Shown piece after piece: positions 19,964-29,649 of a stretch of DNA of 64,000 bases (the first letter of the stretch is position 1; each line of letters begins with the position of its first letter). Origin of the DNA: Clostridiales bacterium (GTDB taxonomy: Bacteria > Bacillota > Clostridia > Christensenellales > UBA1242). The notes beneath the pieces are model-generated. The model was not told the DNA's origin and searched no databases. It saw nothing but the letters and a program-made list of their open reading frames with translations. The DNA is taken from the NCBI GenBank assembly GCA_015069415.1, contig SVIQ01000001.1:11860-75859 (forward strand), read 5' to 3'. Made by a program: the position numbers and the translations under genes.

Positions 19964-21586
19964 TCATACAATAAGACCTTCTTCAAATAAACCAAAGGAA
20001 GAATCTATTTTAAATTTAACTCTTTTCCCTTCCACAATAAAACTATCATCAAACGAACTCATATTAACAAATTCTAAATCTTCATCCACTTTGGAAGATC
20101 GTGCAAATGATGTATAAGCAGCAGAATCACAAGTTTGAATCATTCTACATATTCCGCATAATCCTTTAATTTCTTGTTCAGTTGCTTTTCTTCCTAAATA
20201 TGAAAATAGTAAAGATGAGCAATATTCACGTAAATCTTGTAGTGCGTCTACATTTCCTCTCACATAATAATCACTCGTATATTTTTGAGAGTCTAAAGCT
20301 AAACATTTGACTAACTCAAAGTCACGTTTTGTTAAATTCAAAGTTTCACACAATTGTTGCATATGTGTAATTGTTGTTTCTCTAACTTTCTGATAGGGCT
20401 TATATTTACCTAAGTCATGAGAAAGTAAAACAACATATACAATACTTTTTAATACAGGATTTATATCTGATGCTAAATCATAGCTATCGTCAAACAATTG
20501 CATTGTGGATAATGTATGCTCTCCAATAGTATATCCTTCCCAGACTTGAGCACTAGATTGATACACCTGTTTTAATTTTGGATTTTTTTCACATACATAC
20601 TTCATTATATCTTTAGGATTTTTTGTTAAAATATCTTGTGTTTCTTCGTCCCCAAACTCCGAAAAGCATTCAGCTATCGGGCTGTAATATGCTTCAAGTG
20701 CACTAATCGTTTTCTCTACCTGTGCACGAGTATTAAATTTGTGAAAATCAAACAATGTTACAGCTTCAACATCATCTGCTGAATCACTTCCTATCGGTAT
20801 CTTGCATCCAATAATATTATTATCTTGGTAAAACGCATCTATAACACCAAATTCTCCAAGTGGGAAAAATGTAGATTTGCCCGAATCATTCTTAATAAAA
20901 ATTGAACTTTTCTTTGCTAGACCTGTTCCATCGTTAAAGTGCACTCTTATTATCTGATCAAACATATGATGCGTGATAGCATATAACTGATTCCTTGAAT
21001 GCATAATAGTAACACAATAATCTATTGCTTTTTCATCAATCCTTTTTGATTTTGCATATTCAATAAATTTTGCAATTACTTTTTCTTCATATAAATTTTG
21101 TTTTAAATAGTTATTCTCATCTCGTATAGTTTTTACAAAATCATCTATCAGGGCTAAACAGTCTAAATATCTTTGTTTATCTTGATAATCGACTCTCATA
21201 TAATGTGTTTGATTCTGATTTAATAAAGTTTCCAAAGCCTTTAAACACAAAATTTTTCCACCATTATGTAATTTATCATAAACAGATGTGTCAAAAATAA
21301 AAGCATCTTCATTGTAAGATGTTATGTCAATAACTTCAGGAGTGCCACCTCTTTGGCTAGCACGCATTTTTGCATATTCTATAGCTCGTTCTTCTTCGTC
21401 ATTAAATGCATAAATCATGGGTTTATTATATGCATTTATTATTCGTTTTTCTGATTTGTAATTTGGATTAATGACAAATTCCGTACCTTCGTTTGATCTA
21501 GCGTGTTGTAATTTCATGTCTTTAACTCTTTTTAACACTCCATATCTAATTAAAGTTTGTATAGCTTTTAATCTTTCGTCGAGCAT
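19964..21586 (-). CDS. hypothetical protein with C-terminal HD phosphohydrolase domain
   Basis: H361 (GEHTL), H394-D395 (LLSHDLGK) and D491 (QTCDSAAY) fit the H..HD..D pattern. The N-terminal ~350 aa are not recognisable. ATG at 21586 follows GGAGG; the track start is 21598. Confidence 0.55.
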   Translation of the reverse strand: MLDERLKAIQTLIRYGVLKRVKDMKLQHARSNEGTEFVINPNYKSEKRIINAYNKPMIYAFNDEEERAIEYAKMRASQRGGTPEVIDITSYNEDAFIFDTSVYDKLHNGGKILCLKALETLLNQNQTHYMRVDYQDKQRYLDCLALIDDFVKTIRDENNYLKQNLYEEKVIAKFIEYAKSKRIDEKAIDYCVTIMHSRNQLYAITHHMFDQIIRVHFNDGTGLAKKSSIFIKNDSGKSTFFPLGEFGVIDAFYQDNNIIGCKIPIGSDSADDVEAVTLFDFHKFNTRAQVEKTISALEAYYSPIAECFSEFGDEETQDILTKNPKDIMKYVCEKNPKLKQVYQSSAQVWEGYTIGEHTLSTMQLFDDSYDLASDINPVLKSIVYVVLLSHDLGKYKPYQKVRETTITHMQQLCETLNLTKRDFELVKCLALDSQKYTSDYYVRGNVDALQDLREYCSSLLFSYLGRKATEQEIKGLCGICRMIQTCDSAAYTSFARSSKVDEDLEFVNMSSFDDSFIVEGKRVKFKIDSSFGLFEEGLIV

Positions 21587-21637
21587 ATTACCTCCCATAT
21601 ATTTTTCATTATATCACAAATAAAACAAATTCCAAAA

Positions 21638-21700
21638 CATTCTTGTAAAAAGAAAAATACGCAACCATTATTATTTCTAATAAGGTGCGTACAATTCTCT
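21638..21700. repeat. direct repeat copy B (terminator directly 3' of tRNA-Ser(UGA))
   Basis: See copy A; it abuts the tRNA 3' end at 21703. Confidence 0.8.
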
Positions 21701-21702
21701 TC

Positions 21703-21790
21703 TGGCGGAGAGCTAGGGATTCGAACCCCAGGAGGCTTGCACCTCGGCAGTTTTCAAGACTGCTGTATTAGACCACTCTACCAGCTCTCC
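21703..21790 (-). tRNA. tRNA-Ser (anticodon UGA), CCA encoded
   Basis: GGAGAGC acceptor, anticodon loop CTTGAAA, long variable arm, GGTTCGAATCC T-arm, 88 nt. Confidence 0.9.
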
Positions 21791-21808
21791 ATATCTTGAT
21801 ACTCTGAT

Positions 21809-21837
21809 ATATTATCACATTTTTTTTCTTTTGGCAA
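21809..21837 (-). promoter_or_regulatory. tRNA-Ser(UGA) promoter
   Basis: Minus strand: TTGCCA, 17 nt, TAATAT. Confidence 0.55.
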
Positions 21838-21995
21838 GAGATTTTTAAAAAAAGTTACGCAAAAATTAAAATTTATTATCACTTTAAAATTAGAAAAACA
21901 AATCTCATATTAAATAAACAAATTTCTCCGTTTTAAAAGAAAATGTAATTTATTGTTAATCACAATAAAATCTTCACATATGCACATAATAACAT

Positions 21996-22223
21996 ATGGC
22001 TTATTTCAATTATCATGCAAAAGCTAAAAATTTGATCAAGGCCGGACATTGTTTTTCTGCTAGTCTTATGGAAGAATATCATCACATTCGTCCAGCTCTT
22101 GTTTTATACTTTGACAACTGTCGCCCTATCCCAATTCGAGAATATATGTGGAGTGATTACCTTCCTCTTTTAAATGAATTAAAAGTAAACATTATCAACG
22201 AATGTAATATTCCAATAAACTAA
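21996..22223 (+). CDS. small hypothetical protein
   Basis: 75-aa ORF with its own downstream terminator. Confidence 0.45.
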   Translation: MAYFNYHAKAKNLIKAGHCFSASLMEEYHHIRPALVLYFDNCRPIPIREYMWSDYLPLLNELKVNIINECNIPIN

Positions 22224-22250
22224 AAAAGAAAGCTTCTCGCTTTCTTTTTT
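22222..22250. terminator. bidirectional terminator
   Basis: AGAAAGC/GCTTTCT hairpin flanked by an A-run and a T-run. Confidence 0.75.
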
Positions 22251-25200
22251 AACCTAATTCGTCTGTGTTGATTGAGTAAATAAAAGTCTTAGTTACAGGT
22301 TTTTTATATGCTTTCTCTACTGCTAGTTTATACAATGCTAATTGCTCTTCATATTTTTTCTTTAAAACTTTAAGCGGAAGTGAAGAAAATTTGTAGTCGA
22401 CAATTACGATTTCATTTTCAAATTCAATGATTAAATCTACTACACCTTGAATTAAAACCTTATCGTTAACGGACGAATTTACAACATTCGAATATGGAAC
22501 ATACATCATAAATTCCGCTTCTTTTCTTAAATTTTGTGCATTTTTTACTAAATTTTGAAGTTTTTTGTGCGCTTTTTCTATTTTTTCATAATCTACGTCT
22601 TCAAAATCACTATTTTTTACATAGTCCGAATTCAAGTCTAACAATTCAAGTGCTTTATGATAATGTGTACCTATTTGAGCCTTATCTTCAGCCTCATATT
22701 GTGCAGATTTTTCAATCCAATCGCGGACTACAAACCTCTCACTTTCACTTTGTTCTTGATTAATTCCAGTAACTGTATTTTTTAATGGAATCTTGAATTT
22801 GTCTTTATTCGAATATTCAAAACCAACACTTAAATCTTCAATTTCTCTTGTTTCAAATTCATCTATCGAATTATTAACGTTTATTTCATCAACTATTTCA
22901 ATATCGCAAAATTCAGTTTCAGTTAACTCATCATTTAATTTTGAAATAAATGGTGAAATGAGCATATTTGAATAATTTGTGAGTTTCAATTCCCCTTCCA
23001 TTAACTTTTTAGGACATTCACCAACAACTATCAACTTATTTTTAGCTCTTGTCAATGCAACATAAAGAAGTCTCATCTCTTCTTTATATCCCTTTTCTTC
23101 ATTTTTTAGATTGATTGCAAACTTTGTAAGACTGTTTGAGCGAGTTCTTTTTGAAGTATCATAAAAATCAAATCCAAGACCAATATCCGCATTGTAGTTT
23201 ATTGTTGAATTATCACCAACATAAGAAAATTGTTTGCTTGCATTATATAAAATTACAACCGGATACTCCAATCCTTTACTTTTATGAATGGTTTGAATCG
23301 TTACACTATCCTCCATATCGTTCGTTGCAAAATCATTACCTTTACCAATGTTACTTGTTACGACCTCGATAAATTCACTAAGCCCCAAAGTTTCTTCCAT
23401 AGGTGTTAACTTTTGCAAAAACTCTTCCAATAGTTTTAATTCTTTTTCGCCGTTTTCTTTTCTAAGTATAAAATATTTTAATTTTTTATCGCTCAAAATA
23501 AATCTAATGAGTTCACCATTCGTTGAAACAAAAGATTTTTTCTTAATGTCTTCTAAAATTTTGAAACCGTTAGCAATTTCTTCTTGCTCTTTGTTCTCAA
23601 CTAAGTTTTCAAAGAATGAAGATTCTTTGTTTCTTATTGATACCACATCTTCAAAATCCAAATTAGTAAGTGACATAAAGGTTGCTAAATAATCAACGTC
23701 ATCAGCTACACCTACTACACATTTTAAAATTGAAATAACAAGCTTTACAATTTCACTCTTTTTTACGTCGAGTTTATTGTTAATGCTTAAAGGTACGGCG
23801 TTCTCTTTCAAAAGATCGATGAGCTCAACAGTGTCAACATCTTTTTCCGACCTTGATAAAATTGCAATATCTTTGTACGTTAAAACTCTTTCTTGTTTCA
23901 AATTTGCATCATAAAACGAAGTCCCAATCAACTTTGAAATTTTATCCAAAACAACCAAAGCCAACGGATTTTCTTTTTTGCTAGATTTTCCAATGTTATC
24001 TTTAACACTGTAAACACCAACATCTAAAGATTTTTCTTCATCATTTTTTACAAGTAAAATTTTCACTTTGTCATCAATTATATCATCGCGTTTAGGTTGA
24101 ATCAAACTTGTATTTTTATAATCAATATCTGCTTTTTTCTTTGTCATCAAATTAGAAAAAACTTGATTTATAAAATTTAAAATTTTCGGATTGCTTCTAA
24201 AGTTCACATTCATATCAAAAGCTGTTCCTAAACTTTGATTATTTTTTAAATCATTATATTTATCTAAGAACCACTCAGGGCTAGAACCTCTAAATCCGTA
24301 AATTGATTGCTTAACATCTCCCACCATAAAAAGTTTTGTGTTTTTTCCAACCAAACTTTTCATAAGTTTATCTTGCAAAGGATTTACATCTTGATATTCA
24401 TCAATGAAAATATAATGATATTTTTCTTGAAGTTCATGTCTTACTTTTTCATTTTTTAAAAGCTTTATCATTAAACGATTTAAATCATTGAAATCAATTA
24501 AATTATTTTTATTTTTTAAATTTTGATAATTTTTTATGAAATTATTTAAAATTTCAATAAAAATATCGAAATAATTTAATATTTTTTGATTATTTTCAAA
24601 TATTTTTTCATTAATATCATTTTCTTCAAAATTTGAAACCAACTTTTTTATTTGATTTTGAGATTGATTTATTTCTTTTAAATCGTCATTTTTATTTAGC
24701 TCACCGCGTGAAAATTCTACAAATTTTATTTGATTTAAAACAGACAAATTGTAATCCAAAGATAAATTTTCATTAAATTCTTCAAGTGAATTATAAAGTG
24801 CTAAAACTTTATCTTTTAATTCTTTTTCACTAGGCAAATTCTCTCTAATTGAACTTTTACAATTTTCAATTTTATTGCAAAGATAATCAACCACAATCTT
24901 CTGAGATTTTTCATTTGAAACATATTCATTTCTTGATTGAAACAAAAACTCTTCATAATTCTCAAGACTGATAATGTTATTGTAAATTTCTAAAATCAAT
25001 GATTTTACATTATCTAAAGATCTAGAATTTCCACCAAACAAATCTAGCAAAATGTTTAATTTATTTTCATCTTTCATGAAATTATCTATAGTAACTTTCA
25101 TTGCTCTAGACATAAAATAATCACGACTTGAATCACTGATAATTTCAATATTTGGAGAAATCTCTAATTCGTAAAAATACTTTCTTATAGTTTTAGAACT

Positions 25201-25509
25201 AAACCCATCAATTGTATCAATGCTTGCAACTTTAACTTGATCTATTAGCGACAAATATTTTTCTTTTTCTGGAGATTTTTCCATCTCTTCGTTAATCTTT
25301 TTTATAAGTCTCTCTTTCATCTCGGTTGCTGCCAAAACAGTAAAAGTTACAACTAGCAAATTCTCTACCGGCACATTATCATTAATAATTAAATTACCAA
25401 TTTTTTCAATCATCACAGTAGTCTTTCCACTACCAGCACCCGCACTTACCAACTGAGTCGAAGCTAATGAGTCTAAGATTTCTTGTTGTGTTTTTTCAAA
25501 CTTTTTCAT
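22249..25509 (-). CDS. addA: ATP-dependent helicase/nuclease subunit A
   Basis: UvrD-like helicase with AGAGSGKTT Walker A and FIDEYQD, plus a C-terminal RecB-type nuclease (GVVDLI...VDYK). Confidence 0.9.
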   Translation of the reverse strand: MKKFEKTQQEILDSLASTQLVSAGAGSGKTTVMIEKIGNLIINDNVPVENLLVVTFTVLAATEMKERLIKKINEEMEKSPEKEKYLSLIDQVKVASIDTIDGFSSKTIRKYFYELEISPNIEIISDSSRDYFMSRAMKVTIDNFMKDENKLNILLDLFGGNSRSLDNVKSLILEIYNNIISLENYEEFLFQSRNEYVSNEKSQKIVVDYLCNKIENCKSSIRENLPSEKELKDKVLALYNSLEEFNENLSLDYNLSVLNQIKFVEFSRGELNKNDDLKEINQSQNQIKKLVSNFEENDINEKIFENNQKILNYFDIFIEILNNFIKNYQNLKNKNNLIDFNDLNRLMIKLLKNEKVRHELQEKYHYIFIDEYQDVNPLQDKLMKSLVGKNTKLFMVGDVKQSIYGFRGSSPEWFLDKYNDLKNNQSLGTAFDMNVNFRSNPKILNFINQVFSNLMTKKKADIDYKNTSLIQPKRDDIIDDKVKILLVKNDEEKSLDVGVYSVKDNIGKSSKKENPLALVVLDKISKLIGTSFYDANLKQERVLTYKDIAILSRSEKDVDTVELIDLLKENAVPLSINNKLDVKKSEIVKLVISILKCVVGVADDVDYLATFMSLTNLDFEDVVSIRNKESSFFENLVENKEQEEIANGFKILEDIKKKSFVSTNGELIRFILSDKKLKYFILRKENGEKELKLLEEFLQKLTPMEETLGLSEFIEVVTSNIGKGNDFATNDMEDSVTIQTIHKSKGLEYPVVILYNASKQFSYVGDNSTINYNADIGLGFDFYDTSKRTRSNSLTKFAINLKNEEKGYKEEMRLLYVALTRAKNKLIVVGECPKKLMEGELKLTNYSNMLISPFISKLNDELTETEFCDIEIVDEINVNNSIDEFETREIEDLSVGFEYSNKDKFKIPLKNTVTGINQEQSESERFVVRDWIEKSAQYEAEDKAQIGTHYHKALELLDLNSDYVKNSDFEDVDYEKIEKAHKKLQNLVKNAQNLRKEAEFMMYVPYSNVVNSSVNDKVLIQGVVDLIIEFENEIVIVDYKFSSLPLKVLKKKYEEQLALYKLAVEKAYKKPVTKTFIYSINTDELG

Positions 25510-28502
25510 TACTCCTCCTCTTTAAAACTGTCTAAATTTATTTTGTTTACATCTCTGCTCTTTACATTCCTTGATGATTTTAAGCACACATGAACATATG
25601 GACAATATTCACAAGGATTGCTAACAGAACTAGGACTAGAATCTATCACTCCAGACTTAATTTCATCTACTGCTTTTTCGCTTACTTTTATGGCATACGA
25701 TTTCAAATCATTCATTTGAGAATTTTCTAATTCTTTATATCCTATTGTTTTGTTTGCCAATCCCTTAGAATTCATCTTAACATTTACAATGTCACTTTTT
25801 TCTCCAGGAACCAATCGTTTATCCAACGCTTTCAAAACATCTTCATCATTGAAGAAAAATCCTTTCATAGAATAAGGATTACCCTCTTCTTTTGTATAGT
25901 TGTTTCTAATAGGTAAATAAAATTCTCCAACAACCTTTTTCCCAGTAATGCGTTCTATTGCATTTGCATACAAAAACAATTGCAATTTGTTGCCGTAGTA
26001 TAATTCTTTTAAACTAGCATCGGCTTTACCGGTTTTGTAATCTACAATTCTAAGTAAATCTCCAAACTCATCAACTCTATCAATTTTTCCAATTATATCA
26101 ACATTTTTTAACTTCAATGAATTTTCTCCACTAAAGTCAAATTCCAATTTTTTGCTGTCTATTTTAAACAAAGAATTTTCATCGATATAATTTAAACCAT
26201 TGATTACTCTTAATGTTTCTTCTTTCAAATTTTTAATTATAGGATTATCGGCATTCAATTTCAATCTCTCATCTTTTGAAATAATTCTCTCAATTTCTCC
26301 ATCTATAAAATTTTGAATTTCTCCAACTTTCTTATCACGTTTGTAATAAACATAAAGAATTTCATGGATGATATTACCTACATCAAGTGACAAAACATCA
26401 TTTTTTAATTCTGGCTTAATTTTTAATAAATTTGTAAGAAAAGAATAAAACGGACATTTAAAATAATTTTCAAGTTGCGAAGCGGAAATTGTTGAAAATT
26501 CTTTAAAAATACTTAAATTTTTAAGATTTTTATTGTTTATTTCCTTATTTTTAATTATTTTTTCAAAAATTTCTTTATTTTCTTTATCGTATTTACAGAT
26601 TGCTTCAATATTATCCCATTCACTCAAGGCTTCATATTTACCATATTCAAATATTGACAAAATAGGTAAATCAAACATTTTCTTTATTCCTAAAATTACT
26701 TCACTTGGATTATGAGAATATGTAACTGTTAGAGCTGATTCAAAAGACGTAATAAGATTATACAACCTCAATCTTGCAAGTCTGTTAATATGTGAAATTG
26801 TCGGACTTAACTTATGAGAAAAATTTAATTTTTCAATTTCAGAATCTAGAATTATTCCACAATCATATTTTGTAGACGGCGCATTTTCATGCGTGCAATT
26901 TACCACATAAAAATCTTTAAATATTTCCATTGAATTGTTAGCATCCACAATCTTTACGCAATCAAGAGACAATGGAAGATTATTAATTTTTACAAGTCCT
27001 CCAACTCTTAAAAATATATCGTAGAATTCTTGCGCTGTTGCATATGGATAAAATTTTAAAATTTCATCAAACAAATTATCTACATTTTCAAATGATTTTT
27101 TAAGCAAAATTGATGTTTGCAAATCTTCATTTGCTAAAGATAATTCAACTAATTGATCATTAAAATTCAAATCCTTTAAAACTTTCTTATATCGATTAAT
27201 AACGTCAAATGCAGTTTCATTTTTAGTGAAATCAAAATATGATAAAAATTCAATTAAAACATTTTTATCTTCTTCAAACTCAACTCCTAAATCATGTTTA
27301 AAGTTTAACTTTCCTTTTAAATTTAAAAAATTTAAACGTTTAATTAAAGATATTTTTCTATCATCTTCAATCATAATAAACGGAGAATTTATTAAATCAA
27401 TTAGATGACAAAGATTGTAACTCTCAAGATTATATTTCATTAAACTTAGTAAAAATTTGTAAAAAACACTTTTATTTAATGAAATTTGCTCATCAATATA
27501 GTAATTTATCTCATATTTTTCAAAAATTTCTTTTATTTTTGTGGACAAGCTTTCCAATCCAAAAACAGCAACACCAAAGTTTTCAAACTTTTGCCCATTA
27601 ATAACTTTGCTTTTAATATCTCTCGCTACAACCTCAATTTCTTGAGATTTGTCTTTACATGAAAAAACCCTAACCTCATCATCCTGCAACTCTTTCTCTT
27701 TGAGATTAGTTGAAAAAACATTATCTTGCAAAAATTGTCTTACATTATTTTCATGTCTTTCACTTGTCTCAATCTCAAATGGAATTTGTCTAATTAATGA
27801 TATATTTCTTAACTGTTCAACAACTTCACTGTTGTAAATATGTTTATTACTTTTCTTTGAATTATAATTAAAAATTTTAACATTATTCTCTAGACTCAAC
27901 TGCTCAATGATTGAATATTCTACCGCAGTAAAATCATCAAATCCTACAAAAACTAAATTTTGATTTTTTCTTCCATCTGAAACACTAAAAACAGATATTA
28001 AAAAGCAATCAGAAGCGTCAAGAAGTCCAGCTTTATTTTTTTCATATTCTTCATAAATTAAAGCCAAGTCTTGAATTTTGTCTTTAAGAGAAATCTCTGA
28101 ACTCTCAAACTTAAGCATCTCTTCTGGTAAAATTTTTGAAGCCTTTAATTGTGCAATTGTATTAAAGATTTCTTCGGCATATGTAAACGAATAAGTTTTG
28201 CTTTTTAGTGTTAAAAGTTTGTCAAAATTTTCATTTAAAATTTTATGAACCAACAACACACTTCCCGTTTTACTTATCTGATTTTCTTTTTTTATCTCCA
28301 CATTTTTCTTTGCAAAACGATTAAGTGTTGAAACTTTAATATTAAACGACGATTCAATATTTAGTCTTTCAAACAAAAATTTTTCCATATAAAGACTTAA
28401 CTTATCTGGAACAATAATTTCAATATTTTCAACGGTTTGAACATACTCCAACAATTCAATTAATGAATCATGAAAAGATGCAACATTTTGAACTTTTATC
28501 AT
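25509..28502 (-). CDS. addB: ATP-dependent helicase/nuclease subunit B
   Basis: Upstream of addA with a 1-nt overlap. C-terminal PD-(D/E)xK (GKIDRVD...IVDYKTG) with Fe-S cysteines (CPFYSF ... CEYCPYVHVC). Confidence 0.85.
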   Translation of the reverse strand: MIKVQNVASFHDSLIELLEYVQTVENIEIIVPDKLSLYMEKFLFERLNIESSFNIKVSTLNRFAKKNVEIKKENQISKTGSVLLVHKILNENFDKLLTLKSKTYSFTYAEEIFNTIAQLKASKILPEEMLKFESSEISLKDKIQDLALIYEEYEKNKAGLLDASDCFLISVFSVSDGRKNQNLVFVGFDDFTAVEYSIIEQLSLENNVKIFNYNSKKSNKHIYNSEVVEQLRNISLIRQIPFEIETSERHENNVRQFLQDNVFSTNLKEKELQDDEVRVFSCKDKSQEIEVVARDIKSKVINGQKFENFGVAVFGLESLSTKIKEIFEKYEINYYIDEQISLNKSVFYKFLLSLMKYNLESYNLCHLIDLINSPFIMIEDDRKISLIKRLNFLNLKGKLNFKHDLGVEFEEDKNVLIEFLSYFDFTKNETAFDVINRYKKVLKDLNFNDQLVELSLANEDLQTSILLKKSFENVDNLFDEILKFYPYATAQEFYDIFLRVGGLVKINNLPLSLDCVKIVDANNSMEIFKDFYVVNCTHENAPSTKYDCGIILDSEIEKLNFSHKLSPTISHINRLARLRLYNLITSFESALTVTYSHNPSEVILGIKKMFDLPILSIFEYGKYEALSEWDNIEAICKYDKENKEIFEKIIKNKEINNKNLKNLSIFKEFSTISASQLENYFKCPFYSFLTNLLKIKPELKNDVLSLDVGNIIHEILYVYYKRDKKVGEIQNFIDGEIERIISKDERLKLNADNPIIKNLKEETLRVINGLNYIDENSLFKIDSKKLEFDFSGENSLKLKNVDIIGKIDRVDEFGDLLRIVDYKTGKADASLKELYYGNKLQLFLYANAIERITGKKVVGEFYLPIRNNYTKEEGNPYSMKGFFFNDEDVLKALDKRLVPGEKSDIVNVKMNSKGLANKTIGYKELENSQMNDLKSYAIKVSEKAVDEIKSGVIDSSPSSVSNPCEYCPYVHVCLKSSRNVKSRDVNKINLDSFKEEE

Positions 28503-28638
28503 GTGTTCATTTTAGCATATATTCTGATTTTTTGCAATCATATTTAAATTAGCCTAAATTTTAAATCTTCCAAATTTTTACTTTTAAATTATTGAATAAA
28601 ACAGAAACATTTTCACATAATACGATTGGAGGTGCTAT

Positions 28639-28803
28639 ATGTCTAACAGTAAACAATGGAGACCTGGTGAAACCGTTCCAGAATCTGCTACTTACGTTGC
28701 TTATGACGCTCAAGGTCATAACGGTGGTAGTCTTTACTTAGAAAAAGGTAAAAGATTCCCTGCAACTCAACATTCAGGTAGCTATTACACTAAAGGTGAA
28801 TAG
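28639..28803 (+). CDS. YjzC-like small protein (54 aa)
   Basis: Not in track (<60 aa). GGAGGTG SD is followed by MSNSKQWRPGETVPESATYVAYDAQGHNGGSLYLEKGKRFPATQHSGSYYTKGE, which resembles the YjzC family (RPGE..P..G.Y). Confidence 0.6.
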   Translation: MSNSKQWRPGETVPESATYVAYDAQGHNGGSLYLEKGKRFPATQHSGSYYTKGE

Positions 28804-28823
28804 TATCTAATGCCATTAGGCAA

Positions 28824-28855
28824 CAAAAAATAGCCATATTAGTGGCTATTTTTTA
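28824..28855. terminator. bidirectional terminator
   Basis: ATAGCCA/TGGCTAT hairpin flanked by an A-run and a T-run. Confidence 0.75.
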
Positions 28856-28868
28856 ATTAATTACGATA

Positions 28869-29219
28869 TTATGCGAAAGACACACTTGATGAACAAAGCA
28901 TACCAGACCAGTCAACACCAATTTCCTCAAGAGCTTGGATAAGTTCTTCAACTTCTTCAATTGTGCATGTTTCAATTACAGCTTTTCTTAATTGACAATA
29001 AAATTCATCTCTGTTTTCAAATTCTTTAATAAATCTAGTTAAATAATCTGAATCATTTAATGCAACAATTTTGCGAACATAATAAGCACACTGAGCTGGT
29101 GCTGTTCTGTTGCAATAATCAATAATATTTCTAAAATCCCACTCTGTAGTAGTCTCTTTTTTATCTTCTGTGTTAGTCTCCGCATTTTTCGCAATCATCG
29201 CTGAAATTAATTTAGTCAT
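28869..29219 (-). CDS. hypothetical protein (116 aa)
   Basis: ATG at 29219 follows AAGGAG; the track start at 29300 has no SD. Confidence 0.5.
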   Translation of the reverse strand: MTKLISAMIAKNAETNTEDKKETTTEWDFRNIIDYCNRTAPAQCAYYVRKIVALNDSDYLTRFIKEFENRDEFYCQLRKAVIETCTIEEVEELIQALEEIGVDWSGMLCSSSVSFA

Positions 29220-29305
29220 ATATATCTCCTTTTTAGCGCGAATGGGACGTATTTTACCATAAATAAAATTTTTGTCAATAGTTTTTTCAAAGTTTTTCAA
29301 AATTT

Positions 29306-29334
29306 GTTGACATCTAGCTTTTTATTTGGTATAA
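29306..29334 (+). promoter_or_regulatory. tRNA-Ser(GCU) promoter
   Basis: TTGACA, 17 nt, TATAAT. Confidence 0.65.
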
Positions 29335-29390
29335 TAACTTTGCTTTAAATACATTATATGTACGTAAAGTGAAAAAATTACCAAAAATAT

Positions 29391-29481
29391 GGAGAGTTAC
29401 TCAAGAGGTCGAAGAGGCGTCCCTGCTAAGGATGTAGGCGTCGCAAGGCGCGCGAGGGTTCAAATCCCTCACTCTCCGCCA
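29391..29481 (+). tRNA. tRNA-Ser (anticodon GCU), CCA encoded
   Basis: GGAGAGT acceptor, anticodon loop CTGCTAA, long variable arm, GGGTTCAAATCCC T-arm, 91 nt. Confidence 0.9.
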
Positions 29482-29504
29482 ACAAGTGATAATTTGAACT
29501 CGGC

Positions 29505-29535
29505 GGGTTCAAATTTGACACAACTTACTCCGCCA
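29505..29535 (+). repeat. degenerate copy of tRNA-Ser 3' end (scar F1)
   Basis: GGGTTCAAAT...ACTCCGCCA versus the tRNA sequence GGGTTCAAATCCCTCACTCTCCGCCA. Confidence 0.65.
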
Positions 29536-29544
29536 CGAAATCGT

Positions 29545-29579
29545 CCATCCGCACCAATAAGGTATGGGTGGATTTTTTT
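29545..29579 (+). terminator. terminator following scar F1
   Basis: CCATCCGCACC/GGTATGGGTGG hairpin followed by a T7 run. Confidence 0.7.
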
Positions 29580-29649
29580 AATTTTTTACAAATATGCATA
29601 CAAATTTCAATAATATATGTTATACTATACTCGATTAAAGGAGTTGTTT

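Noticed and set aside
24400-24720. Periodic A/T-rich repetitive-looking DNA that might hint at a CRISPR array or satellite
   Set aside because: It lies inside the continuous addA reading frame (Asn/Lys/Ile/Phe-rich linker). There are no repeat-spacer units of constant length, and no cas genes occur anywhere in the window.
29389-29613. 74-aa ORF in the track (MESYSRGRRGVPAKD...)
   Set aside because: It is simply a translation of tRNA-Ser(GCU), scar F1 and a terminator. There is no SD, and the RNA features explain the sequence better.
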